Shown: in pieces, positions 13,801 to 28,800 of the stretch | Position numbering within the stretch: the first letter of the stretch is position 1 | How the letters are laid out: every line of letters begins with the position of its first letter | NCBI GenBank assembly: GCA_046563655.1 | Contig: CM102287.1 | Location: 10,540,001-10,604,000 of the forward strand | DNA length: 64,000 nt | Reading direction: 5' to 3' | From: Yuukianura sp. NJ FZ-2021 | Lineage: Eukaryota | Program-made: the position numbers and the translations under genes | The notes under the pieces: model-generated | What the model saw: the letters and a program-made list of their open reading frames with translations, nothing else | The model's database searches: none | What the model was told of the DNA's origin: nothing

Positions 13801-16800
13801 GCTTTGCTTTGACAAAAATTAAATCCCAACTTTTTCATCGTGTGCCATCACCTTTACTTTGACAAAAATTAAATCAGAACCTTTTCATCGTGTGGCATCA
13901 GCTTTGCTTTGACAAAAATTAAATCCCAACTTTTTCATCGTGTGCCATCACCTTTAATTTGACAAAAATTAAATCCCAACTTTTTCATCGTGAGCCATCA
14001 CCTTTACTTTGACAAAAATTAAATCCCAAATTTTTCATCGTGTGCCATCAGCTTTACTTTGACACAAATTAAATCCCAAATTTTTCATCGTGTGCCATCA
14101 CCATTAATTTGACACAAATTAAATCCCAACTTTTTTATCGTGTGCCATCACCTTTACTTTGACAAAAATTAAATCAGAACCTTTTCATCGTGTGGCATCA
14201 GCTTTGCTTTGACAAAAATTAAATCCCAACTTTTTCATCGTTTTTTAATTTTTGCAGAAATGGGAACATACCTTTATACAAAATTTTGAAAATCTCACTT
14301 TTTGTACCAATGGAAACATGCCTTTAGACAAAATTTTGAAAATCTCACTTTTTGTACCAATGGGAACATACCCTTAGAGAAAATTCTGGAAATTACACTT
14401 TTTGTACCAATGGAAACTAAATCCCAACTTTTTCATCGTGCGCCATCAGCTTTACTTTGACACAAATTAAATCCCAACTTTTTCATCGTGTGCCATCACC
14501 TTTAATTTGACAAAAATTAAATCCCAAATTTTTCATCGTGTGCCATCAGCTTTGCTTTGACAAAAATTAAATCCCAACTTTTTCATCGTGTGCCATCACC
14601 TTTAATTTGACAAAAATTAAATCCCAACTTTTTCATCGTGTGCCATCACCTTTACTTTGACAAAAATTAAATCCCAACTTTTTCATCGTGTGCCATCACC
14701 TTTAATTTGACAAAAATTAAATCCCAACTTTTTCATCGTGTGCCATCACCTTTAATTTGACACAAATTAAATCCCAACTTTTTCATCCTGTGCCATCAGC
14801 TTTACTTTGACAAAAATTAAATCCCAACTTTTTCATCGTGTGCCATCAGCTTTGCTTTGACAAAATTTAATCCCAACTTTTTCATCGTGTGCCATCAGCT
14901 TTGCTTTGACAAAAATAAAATCCCAACTTTTTCATCCTGTGCCATCAGCTTTGCTTTGACAAAAATTAAATCCCAACTTTTTCATCGTGTGCCATCACCT
15001 TTACTTTGACAAAAATTAAATCCCAACTTTTTCATCGTGTGGCATCAGCTTTGCTTTGACAAAAATTAAATCCCAACTTTTTCATCGTGTGCCATCACCT
15101 TTACTTTGACAAAAATTAAATCCCAACTTTTTCATCGTGAGCCATCAGCTTTGCTTTGACAAAAATTAAATCCCAACTTTTTCATCGTGTGCCATCACCT
15201 TTACTTTGACAAAAATTAAATCAGAACCTTTTCATCGTGTGGCATCAGCTTTGCTTTGACAAAAATTAAATCCCAACTTTTTCATCGTGTGCCATCACCT
15301 TTAATTTGACAAAAATTAAATCCCAACTTTTTCATCGTGAGCCATCACCTTTACTTTGACAAAAATTAAATCCCAAATTTTTCATCGTGTGCCATCAGCT
15401 TTACTTTGACACAAATTAAATCCCAAATTTTTCATCGTGTGCCATCACCATTAATTTGACACAAATTAAATCCCAACTTTTTCATCGTGTGCCATCACCT
15501 TTACTTTGACAAAAATTAAATCCCAACTTTTTCATCGTGTGCCATCACCTTTACTTTGACAAAAATTAAATCCCAACTTTTTCATCGTGTGGCATCAGCT
15601 TTGCTTTGACAAAAATTAAATCCCAACTTTTTCATCGTTTTTTACTTTTTGCAGAAATGGGAGCATACCTTTATACAAAATTTTGAAAATCTCACTTTTT
15701 GTACCAATGGAAACATGCCTTCAGACAAAATTTTGAAAATCTCACTTTTTGTACCAATGGAAACATGCCTTTAGACAAAATTTGAAAATCTCACTTTTTG
15801 TACCAATGGAAACATGCCTTTAGACAAAATTTGAAAATCTCACTTTTTGTACCAATGGCAACATGCCTTTAGACAAAATTTTGAAAATCTCACTTTTTGT
15901 ACAAATGGAAACATGCCTTTAGACAAAATTTTGAATATCTCACTTTTTGTACCAATGGGAACATACCCTTAGAGAAAATTCTGGAAATTACACTTTTTGT
16001 ACCAATGGAAACTAAATCCCAACTTTTTCATCGTGCGCCATCAGCTTTACTTTGACACAAATTAAATCCCAACTTTTTCATCGTGTGCCATCACCTTTAA
16101 TTTGACAAAAATTAAATCCCAAATTTTTCATCGTGTGCCATCAGCTTTACTTTGACACAAATTAAATCCCAACTTTTTCATCGTGTGCCATCAGCTTTGC
16201 TTTGACAAAAATTAAATCCCAACTTTTTCATCGTGTGCCATCAGCTTTGCTTTGACAAAAATTAAATCCCAACCTTTTCATCGTGTGGCATCAGCTTTGC
16301 TTTGACAAAAATTAAATCCCAACTTTTTCATCGTGTGCCATCACCTTTACTTTGAGAAAAATTAAATCAGAACCTTTTCATCGTGTGGCATCAGCTTTGC
16401 TTTGACAAAAATTAAATCCCAACTTTTTCATCGTGTGCCATCACCTTTAATTTGACAAAAATTAAATCCCAACTTTTTCATCGTGAGCCATCACCTTTAC
16501 TTTGACAAAAATTAAATCCCAAATTTTTCATCGTGTGCCATCAGCTTTACTTTGACACAAATTAAATCCCAAATTTTTCATCGTGTGCCATCACCATTAA
16601 TTTGACACAAATTAAATCCCAACTTTTTTATCGTGTGCCATCACCTTTACTTTGACAAAAATTAAATCAGAACCTTTTCATCGTGTGGCATCAGCTTTGC
16701 TTTGACAAAAATTAAATCCCAACTTTTTCATCGTGTGCCATCACCTTTAATTTGACAAAAATTAAATCCCAACTTTTTCATCGTGAGCCATCACCTTTAC

Positions 16801-19800
16801 TTTGACAAAAATTAAATCCCAAATTTTTCATCGTGTGCCATCAGCTTTACTTTGACACAAATTAAATCCCAAATTTTTCATCGTGTGCCATCACCATTAA
16901 TTTGACACAAATTAAATCCCAACTTTTTCATCGTGTGCCATCACCTTTACTTTGACAAAACTTAAATCCCAACTTTTTCATCGTGTGCCATCACCTTTAA
17001 TTTGACAAAAATTAAATCCCAACTTTTTCATCGTGTGCCATCACCTTTACTTTGACAAAAATTAAATCCCAACTTTTTCATCGTTTTTTACTTTTTGCAG
17101 AAATGGGAACATACCTTTATACAAAATTTTGAAAATCTCACTTTTTGTACCAATGGAAACATGCCTTTAGACAAAATTTTGAAAATCTCACTTTTTGTAC
17201 AAATGGAAACATGCCTTTAGACAAAATTTTGAAAATCTCACTTTTTGTACCAATGGGAACATACCCTTAGAGAAAATTCTGGAAATTACACTTTTTGTAC
17301 CAATGGAAACTAAATCCCAACTTTTTCATCGTGCGCCATCAGCTTTACTTTGACACAAATTAAATCCCAACTTTTTCATCGTGTGCCATCACCTTTAATT
17401 TGACAAAAATTAAATCCCAAATTTTTCATCGTGTGCCATCAGCTTTGCTTTGACAAAAATTAAATCCCAACTTTTTCATCGTGTGCCATCACCTTTAATT
17501 TGACAAAAATTAAATCCCAACTTTTTCATCGTGTGCCATCACTTTTACTTTGACAAAAATTAAATCCCAACTTTTTCATCGTGTGCCATCACCTTTAATT
17601 TGACAAAAATTAAATCCCAACTTTTTCATCGTGTGCCATCACCTTTAATTTGACACAAATTAAATCCCAACTTTTTCATCCTGTGCCATCAGCTTTACTT
17701 TGACAAAAATTAAATCCCAACTTTTTCATCGTGTGCCATCAGCTTTGCTTTGACAAAAATTAAATCCCAACTTTTTCATCGTGTGCCATCAGCTTTGCTT
17801 TGACAAAAATTAAATCCCAACTTTTTCATCGTGTGCCATCAGCTTTGCTTTGACAAAAATTAAATCCCAACTTTTTCATCGTGTGCCATCACCTTTACTT
17901 TGACAAAAATTAAATCCCAACTTTTTCATCGTGTGCCATCACCTTTACTTTGACAAAAATTAAATCCCAACTTTTTCATCGTGTGGCATCAGCTTTGCTT
18001 TGACAAAAATTAAATCCCAACTTTTTCATCGTGTGCCATCACCTTTACTTTGACAAAAATTAAATCCCAACTTTTTCATCGTGAGCCATCAGCTTTGCTT
18101 TGACAAAAATTAAATCCCAACTTTTTCATCGTGTGCCATCACCTTTACTTTGACAAAAATTAAATCAGAACCTTTTCATCGTGTGGCATCAGCTTTGCTT
18201 TGACAAAAATTAAATCCCAACTTTTTCATCGTGTGCCATCACCTTTAATTTGACAAAAATTAAATCCCAACTTTTTCATCGTGAGCCATCACCTTTACTT
18301 TGACAAAAATTAAATCCCAAATTTTTCATCGTGTGCCATCAGCTTTACTTTGACACAAATTAAATCCCAAATTTTTCATCGTGTGCCATCACCATTAATT
18401 TGACACAAATTAAATCCCAACTTTTTCATCGTGTGCCATCACCTTTACTTTGACAAAAATTAAATCCCAACTTTTTCATCGTGTGCCATCACCTTTACTT
18501 TGACAAAAATTAAATCCCAACTTTTTCATCGTGTGGCATCAGCTTTGCTTTGACAAAAATTAAATCCCAACTTTTTCATCGTTTTTTACTTTTTGCAGAA
18601 ATGGGAGCATACCTTTATACAAAATTTTGAAAATCTCACTTTTTGTACCAATGGAAACATGCCTTTAGACAAAATTTTGAAAATCTCACTTTTTGTACCA
18701 ATGGAAACATGCCTTTAGACAAAATTTGAAAATCTCACTTTTTGTAACAATGGAAACATGCCTTTAGACAAAATTTGAAAATCTCACTTTTTGTACCAAT
18801 GGCAACATGCCTTTAGACAAAATTTTGAAAATCTCACTTTTTGTACAAATGGAAACATGTTTTTAGACAAAATTTTGAAAATCTCACTTTTTGTACCAAT
18901 GGGAACATACCCTTAGAGAAAATTCTGGAAATTACACTTTTTGTACCAATGGAAACTAAATCCCAACTTTTTCATCGTGCGCCATCAGCTTTACTTTGAC
19001 ACAAATTAAATCCCAACTTTTTCATCGTGTGCCATCACCTTTAGTTTGACAAAAATTAAATCGCAAATTTTTCATCGTGTGCCATCAGCTTTACTTTGAC
19101 ACAAATTAAATCCCAACTTTTTCATCGTGTGCCATCAGCTTTGCTTTGACAAAAATTAAATCCCAACTTTTTCATCGTGTGCCATCACCTTTACTTTGAC
19201 CAAAATTAAATCAGAACCTTTTCATCGTGTGGCATCAGCTTTGCTTTGACAAAAATTAAATCCCAACTTTTTCATCGTGTGCCATCACCTTTAATTTGAC
19301 AAAAATTAAATCCCAACTTTTTCATCGTGTGCCATCACTTTTACTTTGACAAAAATTAAATCCCAACTTTTTCATCGTGTGCCATCACCTTTAATTTGAC
19401 AAAAATTAAATCCCAACTTTTTCATCGTGTGCCATCACCTTTAATTTGACACAAATTAAATCCCAACTTTTTCATCCTGTGCCATCAGCTTTACTTTGAC
19501 AAAAATTAAATCCCAACTTTTTCATCGTGTGCCATCAGCTTTGCTTTGACAAAATTTAATCCCAACTTTTTCATCGTGTGCCATCAGCTTTGCTTTGACA
19601 AAAATAAAATCCCAACTTTTTCATCCTGTGCCATCAGCTTTGCTTTGACAAAAATTAAATCCCAACTTTTTCATCGTGTGCCATCACCTTTACTTTGACA
19701 AAAATTAAATCCCAACTTTTTCATCGTGTGCCATCACCTTTACTTTGACAAAAATTAAATCCCAACTTTTTCATCGTGTGGCATCAGCTTTGCTTTGACA

Positions 19801-22800
19801 AAAATTAAATCCCAACTTTTTCATCGTGTGCCATCACCTTTACTTTGACAAAAATTAAATCCCAACTTTTTCATCGTGAGCCATCAGCTTTGCTTTGACA
19901 AAAATTAAATCCCAACTTTTTCATCGTGTGCCATCACCTTTACTTTGACAAAAATTAAATCAGAACCTTTTCATCGTGTGGCATCAGCTTTGCTTTGACA
20001 AAAATTAAATCCCAACTTTTTCATCGTGTGCCATCACCTTTAATTTGACAAAAATTAAATCCCAACTTTTTCATCGTGAGCCATCACCTTTACTTTGACA
20101 AAAATTAAATCCCAAATTTTTCATCGTGTGCCATCAGCTTTACTTTGACACAAATTAAATCCCAAATTTTTCATCGTGTGCCATCACCATTAATTTGACA
20201 CAAATTAAATCCCAACTTTTTCATCGTGTGCCATCACCTTTACTTTGACAAAAATTAAATCCCAACTTTTTCATCGTGTGGCATCAGCTTTGCTTTGACA
20301 AAAATTAAATCCCAACTTTTTCATCGTGTGGCATCAGCTTTACTTTGACAAAAATTAAATCCCAACTTTTTCATCGTGAGCCATCAGCTTTGCTTTGACA
20401 AAAATTAAATCCCAACTTTTTCATCGTGTGCCATCACCTTTACTTTGACAAAAATTAAATCAGAACCTTTTCATCGTGTGGCATCAGCTTTGCTTTGACA
20501 AAAATTAAATCCCAACTTTTTCATCGTGTGCCATCACCTTTAATTTGACAAAAATTAAATCCCAACTTTTTCATCGTGAGCCATCACCTTTACTTTGACA
20601 AAAATTAAATCCCAAATTTTTCATCGTGTGCCATCAGCTTTACTTTGACACAAATTAAATCCCAAATTTTTCATCGTGTGCCATCACCATTAATTTGACA
20701 CAAATTAAATCCCAACTTTTTCATCGTGTGCCATCACCTTTACTTTGACAAAAATTAAATCCCAACTTTTTCATCGTGTGCCATCACCTTTACTTTGACA
20801 AAAATTAAATCCCAACTTTTTCATCGTGTGGCATCAGCTTTGCTTTGACAAAAATTAAATCCCAACTTTTTCATCGTTTTTTACTTTTTGCAGAAATGGG
20901 AGCATACCTTTATACAAAATTTTGAAAATCTCACTTTTTGTACCAATGGAAACATGCCTTTAGACAAAATTTTGAAAATCTCACTTTTTGTACCAATGGA
21001 AACATGCCTTTAGACAAAATTTGAAAATCTCACTTTTTGTAACAATGGAAACATGCCTTTAGACAAAATTTGAAAATCTCACTTTTTGTACCAATGGCAA
21101 CATGCCTTTAGACAAAATTTTGAAAATCTCACTTTTTGTACAAATGGAAACATGTTTTTAGACAAAATTTTGAAAATCTCACTTTTTGTACCAATGGGAA
21201 CATACCCTTAGAGAAAATTCTGGAAATTACACTTTTTGTACCAATGGAAACTAAATCCCAACTTTTTCATCGTGCGCCATCAGCTTTACTTTGACACAAA
21301 TTAAATCCCAACTTTTTCATCGTGTGCCATCACCTTTAATTTGACAAAAATTAAATCGCAAATTTTTCATCGTGTGCCATCAGCTTTACTTTGACACAAA
21401 TTAAATCCCAACTTTTTCATCGTGTGCCATCAGCTTTGCTTTGACAAAAATTAAATCCCAACTTTTTCATCGTGAGCCATCAGCTTTGCTTTGACAAAAA
21501 TTAAATCCCAACTTTTTCATCGTGTGCCATCACCTTTACTTTGACCAAAATTAAATCAGAACCTTTTCATCGTGTGGCATCAGCTTTGCTTTGACAAAAA
21601 TTAAATCCCAACTTTTTCATCGTGTGCCATCACCTTTAATTTGACAAAAATTAAATCCCAACTTTTTCATCGTGTGCCATCACTTTTACTTTGACAAAAA
21701 TTAAATCCCAACTTTTTCATCGTGTGCCATCACCTTTAATTTGACAAAAATTAAATCCCAACTTTTTCATCGTGTGCCATCACCTTTAATTTGACACAAA
21801 TTAAATCCCAACTTTTTCATCCTGTGCCATCAGCTTTACTTTGACAAAAATTAAATCCCAACTTTTTCATCGTGTGCCATCAGCTTTGCTTTGACAAAAT
21901 TTAATCCCAACTTTTTCATCGTGTGCCATCAGCTTTGCTTTGACAAAAATAAAATCCCAACTTTTTCATCCTGTGCCATCAGCTTTGCTTTGACAAAAAT
22001 TAAATCCCAACTTTTTCATCGTGTGCCATCACCTTTACTTTGACAAAAATTAAATCCCAACTTTTTCATCGTGTGCCATCACCTTTACTTTGACAAAAAT
22101 TAAATCCCAACTTTTTCATCGTGTGGCATCAGCTTTGCTTTGACAAAAATTAAATCCCAACTTTTTCATCGTGTGCCATCACCTTTACTTTGACAAAAAT
22201 TAAATCCCAACTTTTTCATCGTGAGCCATCAGCTTTGCTTTGACAAAAATTAAATCCCAACTTTTTCATCGTGTGCCATCACCTTTACTTTGACAAAAAT
22301 TAAATCAGAACCTTTTCATCGTGTGGCATCAGCTTTGCTTTGACAAAAATTAAATCCCAACTTTTTCATCGTGTGCCATCACCTTTAATTTGACAAAAAT
22401 TAAATCCCAACTTTTTCATCGTGAGCCATCACCTTTACTTTGACAAAAATTAAATCCCAAATTTTTCATCGTGTGCCATCAGCTTTACTTTGACACAAAT
22501 TAAATCCCAAATTTTTCATCGTGTGCCATCACCATTAATTTGACACAAATTAAATCCCAACTTTTTCATCGTGTGCCATCACCTTTACTTTGACAAAAAT
22601 TAAATCCCAACTTTTTCATCGTGTGCCATCACCTTTACTTTGACAAAAATTAAATCCCAACTTTTTCATCGTGTGGCATCACCTTTACTTTGACAAAAAT
22701 TAAATCCCAACTTTTTCATCGTGTGGCATCAGCTTTGCTTTGACAAAAATTAAATCCCAACTTTTTCATCGTGTGCCATCACCTTTACTTTGACAAAAAT

Positions 22801-25800
22801 TAAATCCCAACTTTTTCATCGTGAGCCATCAGCTTTGCTTTGACAAAAATTAAATCCCAACTTTTTCATCGTGTGCCATCACCTTTACTTTGACAAAAAT
22901 TAAATCAGAACCTTTTCATCGTGTGCCATCACCTTTACTTTGACAAAAATTAAATCAGAACCTTTTCATCGTGTGGCATCAGCTTTGCTTTGACAAAAAT
23001 TAAATCCCAACTTTTTCATCGTGTGCCATCACCTTTACTTTGACAAAAATTAAATCCCAAATTTTTCATCGTGTGCCATCAGCTTTACTTTGACAAAAAT
23101 TAAATCCCAACTTTTTCATCGTGTGCCATCACCTTTACTTTGACAAAAATTAAATCCCAACTTTTTCATCGTGTGGCATCAGCTTTGCTTTGACAAAAAT
23201 TAAATCCCAACTTTTTCATCGTTTTTTACTTTTTGCAGAAATGGGAGCATACCTTTATACAAAATTTTGAAAATCTCACTTTTTGTACCAATGGAAACAT
23301 GCCTTTAGACAAAATTTTGAAAATCTCACTTTTTGTACCAATGGAAACATGCCTTTAGACAAAATTTGAAAATCTCACTTTTTGTAACAATGGAAACATG
23401 CCTTTAGACAAAATTTGAAAATCTCACTTTTTGTACCAATGGCAACATGCCTTTAGACAAAATTTTGAAAATCTCACTTTTTGTACAAATGGAAACATGT
23501 TTTTAGACAAAATTTTGAAAATCTCACTTTTTGTACCAATGGGAACATACCCTTAGAGAAAATTCTGGAAATTACACTTTTTGTACCAATGGAAACTAAA
23601 TCCCAACTTTTTCATCGTGCGCCATCAGCTTTACTTTGACACAAATTAAATCCCAACTTTTTCATCGTGTGCCATCACCTTTAATTTGACAAAAATTAAA
23701 TCGCAAATTTTTCATCGTGTGCCATCAGCTTTACTTTGACACAAATTAAATCCCAACTTTTTCATCGTGTGCCATCAGCTTTGCTTTGACAAAAATTAAA
23801 TCCCAACTTTTTCATCGTGAGCCATCAGCTTTGCTTTGACAAAAATTAAATCCCAACTTTTTCATCGTGTGCCATCACCTTTACTTTGACCAAAATTAAA
23901 TCAGAACCTTTTCATCGTGTGGCATCAGCTTTGCTTTGACAAAAATTAAATCCCAACTTTTTCATCGTGTGCCATCACCTTTAATTTGACAAAAATTAAA
24001 TCCCAACTTTTTCATCGTGTGCCATCACTTTTACTTTGACAAAAATTAAATCCCAACTTTTTCATCGTGTGCCATCACCTTTAATTTGACAAAAATTAAA
24101 TCCCAACTTTTTCATCGTGTGCCATCACCTTTAATTTGACACAAATTAAATCCCAACTTTTTCATCCTGTGCCATCAGCTTTACTTTGACAAAAATTAAA
24201 TCCCAACTTTTTCATCGTGTGCCATCAGCTTTGCTTTGACAAAATTTAATCCCAACTTTTTCATCGTGTGCCATCAGCTTTGCTTTGACAAAAATAAAAT
24301 CCCAACTTTTTCATCCTGTGCCATCAGCTTTGCTTTGACAAAAATTAAATCCCAACTTTTTCATCGTGTGCCATCACCTTTACTTTGACAAAAATTAAAT
24401 CCCAACTTTTTCATCGTGTGCCATCACCTTTACTTTGACAAAAATTAAATCCCAACTTTTTCATCGTGTGGCATCAGCTTTGCTTTGACAAAAATTAAAT
24501 CCCAACTTTTTCATCGTGTGCCATCACCTTTACTTTGACAAAAATTAAATCCCAACTTTTTCATCGTGAGCCATCAGCTTTGCTTTGACAAAAATTAAAT
24601 CCCAACTTTTTCATCGTGTGCCATCACCTTTACTTTGACAAAAATTAAATCAGAACCTTTTCATCGTGTGGCATCAGCTTTGCTTTGACAAAAATTAAAT
24701 CCCAACTTTTTCATCGTGTGCCATCACCTTTAATTTGACAAAAATTAAATCCCAACTTTTTCATCGTGAGCCATCACCTTTACTTTGACAAAAATTAAAT
24801 CCCAAATTTTTCATCGTGTGCCATCAGCTTTACTTTGACACAAATTAAATCCCAAATTTTTCATCGTGTGCCATCACCATTAATTTGACACAAATTAAAT
24901 CCCAACTTTTTCATCGTGTGCCATCACCTTTACTTTGACAAAAATTAAATCCCAACTTTTTCATCGTGTGCCATCACCTTTACTTTGACAAAAATTAAAT
25001 CCCAACTTTTTCATCGTGTGGCATCAGCTTTGCTTTGACAAAAATTAAATCCCAACTTTTTCATCGTTTTTTACTTTTTGCAGAAATGGGAGCATACCTT
25101 TATACAAAATTTTGAAAATCTCACTTTTTGTACCAATGGAAACATACCTTTAGACAAAATTTTGAAAATTACACTTTTTGTACCAATGGAAACATACCTT
25201 TAGACAAAATTTTGAAAATGTCACTTTTTGTAACAATGGAAACATGCCTTTAGACAAAATTTGAAAATCTCACTTTTTGTACCAATGGCAACATGCCTTT
25301 AGACAAAATTTTGAAAATCTCACTTTTTGTACAAATGGAAACATGTTTTTAGACAAAATTTTGAAAATCTCACTTTTTGTACCAATGGGAACATACCCTT
25401 AGAGAAAATTCTGGAAATTACACTTTTTGTACCAATGGAAACTAAATCCCAACTTTTTCATCGTGCGCCATCAGCTTTACTTTGACACAAATTAAATCCC
25501 AACTTTTTCATCGTGTGCCATCACCTTTAATTTGACAAAAATTAAATCGCAAATTTTTCATCGTGTGCCATCAGCTTTACTTTGACACAAATTAAATCCC
25601 AACTTTTTCATCGTGTGCCATCAGCTTTGCTTTGACAAAAATTAAATCCCAACTTTTTCATCGTGTGCCATCAGCTTTGCTTTGACAAAAATTAAATCCC
25701 AACCTTTTCATCGTGTGGCATCAGCTTTGCTTTGACAAAAATTAAATCCCAACTTTTTCATCGTGTGCCATCACCTTTAATTTGACAAAAATTAAATCCC

Positions 25801-28800
25801 AACTTTTTCATCGTGAGCCATCACCTTTACTTTGACAAAAATTAAATCCCAAATTTTTCATCGTGTGCCATCAGCTTTACTTTGACACAAATTAAATCCC
25901 AAATTTTTCATCGTGTGCCATCACCATTAATTTGACACAAATTAAATCCCAACTTTTTCATCGTGTGGCATCAGCTTTGCTTTGACAAAAATTAAATCCC
26001 AACTTTTTCATCGTGTGCCATCACCTTTACTTTGACAAAAATTAAATCCCAACTTTTTCATCGTGTGCCATCAGCTTTGCTTTGACAAAAATTAAATCAG
26101 AACCTTTTCATCGTGTGGCATCAGCTTTGCTTTGACAAAAATTAAATCCCAACTTTTTCATCGTGTGCCATCACCTTTAATTTGACAAAAATTAAATCCC
26201 AACTTTTTCATCGTGAGCCATCACCTTTACTTTGACAAAAATTAAATCCCAAATTTTTCATCGTGTGCCATCAGCTTTACTTTGACACAAATTAAATCCC
26301 AAATTTTTCATCGTGTGCCATCACCATTAATTTGACACAAATTAAATCCCAACTTTTTCATCGTGTGCCATCACCTTTACTTTGACAAAAATTAAATCCC
26401 AACTTTTTCATCGTGTGCCATCACCTTTACTTTGACAAAAATTAAATCCCAACTTTTTCATCGTGTGGCATCAGCTTTGCTTTGACAAAAATTAAATCCC
26501 AACTTTTTCATCGTTTTTTACTTTTTGCAGAAATGGGAGCATACCTTTATACAAAATTTTGAAAATCTCACTTTTTGTACCAATGGAAACATGCCTTTAG
26601 ACAAAATTTTGAAAATCTCACTTTTTGTACCAATGGAAACATGCCTTTAGACAAAATTTGAAAATCTCACTTTTTGTAACAATGGAAACATGCCTTTAGA
26701 CAAAATTTGAAAATCTCACTTTTTGTACCAATGGCAACATGCCTTTAGACAAAATTTTGAAAATCTCACTTTTTGTACAAATGGAAACATGTTTTTAGAC
26801 AAAATTTTGAAAATCTCACTTTTTGTACCAATGGGAACATACCCTTAGAGAAAATTCTGGAAATTACACTTTTTGTACCAATGGAAACTAAATCCCAACT
26901 TTTTCATCGTGCGCCATCAGCTTTACTTTGACACAAATTAAATCCCAACTTTTTCATCGTGTGCCATCACCTTTAATTTGACAAAAATTAAATCCCAACT
27001 TTTTCATCGTGTGCCATCAGCTTTGCTTTGACAAAAATTAAATCCCAACTTTTTCATCGTGTGCCATCACCTTTACTTTGACAAAAATTAAATCCCAACT
27101 TTTTCATCGTGTGCCATCACCTTTACTTTGACACAAATTAAATCCCAACTTTTTCATCGTGTGCCATCAGCTTTACTTTGACAAAAATTAAATCCCAACT
27201 TTTTCATCGTGTGCCATCAGCTTTGCTTTGACAAAATTTAATCCCAACTTTTTCATCGTGTGCCATCAGCTTTGCTTTGACAAAAATAAAATCCCAACTT
27301 TTTCATCCTGTGCCATCAGCTTTGCTTTGACAAAAATTAAATCCCAACTTTTTCATCGTGTGCCATCACCTTTACTTTGACAAAAATTAAATCCCAACTT
27401 TTTCATCGTGTGCCATCACCTTTACTTTGACAAAAATTAAATCCCAACTTTTTCATCGTGTGGCATCAGCTTTGCTTTGACAAAAATTAAATCCCAACTT
27501 TTTCATCGTGTGCCATCACCTTTGCTTTGACAAAAATTAAATCCCAACTTTTTCATCGTGAGCCATCAGCTTTGCTTTGACAAAAATTAAATCCCAACTT
27601 TTTCATCGTGTGCCATCACCTTTACTTTGACAAAAATTAAATCAGAACCTTTTCATCGTGTGGCATCAGCTTTGCTTTGACAAAAATTAAATCCCAACTT
27701 TTTCATCGTGTGCCATCACCTTTAATTTGACAAAAATTAAATCCCAACTTTTTCATCGTGAGCCATCACCTTTACTTTGACAAAAATTAAATCCCAAATT
27801 TTTCATCGTGTGCCATCAGCTTTACTTTGACACAAATTAAATCCCAAATTTTTCATCGTGTGCCATCACCATTAATTTGACACAAATTAAATCCCAACTT
27901 TTTCATCGTGTGCCATCACCTTTACTTTGACAAAAATTAAATCCCAACTTTTTCATCGTGTGCCATCACCTTTACTTTGACAAAAATTAAATCCCAACTT
28001 TTTCATCGTGTGCCATCAGCTTTGCTTTGACAAAAATTAAATCCCAACTTTTTCATCGTTTTTTACTTTTTGCAGAAATGGGAGCATACCTTTATACAAA
28101 ATTTTGAAAATCTCACTTTTTGTACCAATGGAAACATGCCTTTAGACAAAATTTTGAAAATCTCACTTTTTGTACCAATGGAAACATGCCTTTAGACAAA
28201 ATTTGAAAATCTCACTTTTTGTAACAATGGAAACATGCCTTTAGACAAAATTTGAAAATCTCACTTTTTGTACCAATGGCAACATGCCTTTAGACAAAAT
28301 TTTGAAAATCTCACTTTTTGTACAAATGGAAACATGTTTTTAGACAAAATTTTGAAAATCTCACTTTTTGTACCAATGGGAACATACCCTTAGAGAAAAT
28401 TCTGGAAATTACACTTTTTGTACCAATGGAAACTAAATCCCAACTTTTTCATCGTGCGCCATCAGCTTTACTTTGACACAAATTAAATCCCAACTTTTTC
28501 ATCGTGTGCCATCACCTTTAATTTGACAAAAATTAAATCGCAAATTTTTCATCGTGTGCCATCAGCTTTACTTTGACAAAAATTAAATCCCAACTTTTTC
28601 ATCGTGTGCCATCACCTTTAATTTGACAAAAATTAAATCCCAACTTTTTCATCGTGTGCCATCACCTTTACTTTGACAAAAATTAAATCCCAACCTTTTC
28701 ATCGTGTGGCATCAGCTTTGCTTTGACACAAATTAAATCCCAAATTTTTCATCGTGTGCCATCACCATTAATTTGACACAAATTAAATCCCAACTTTTTC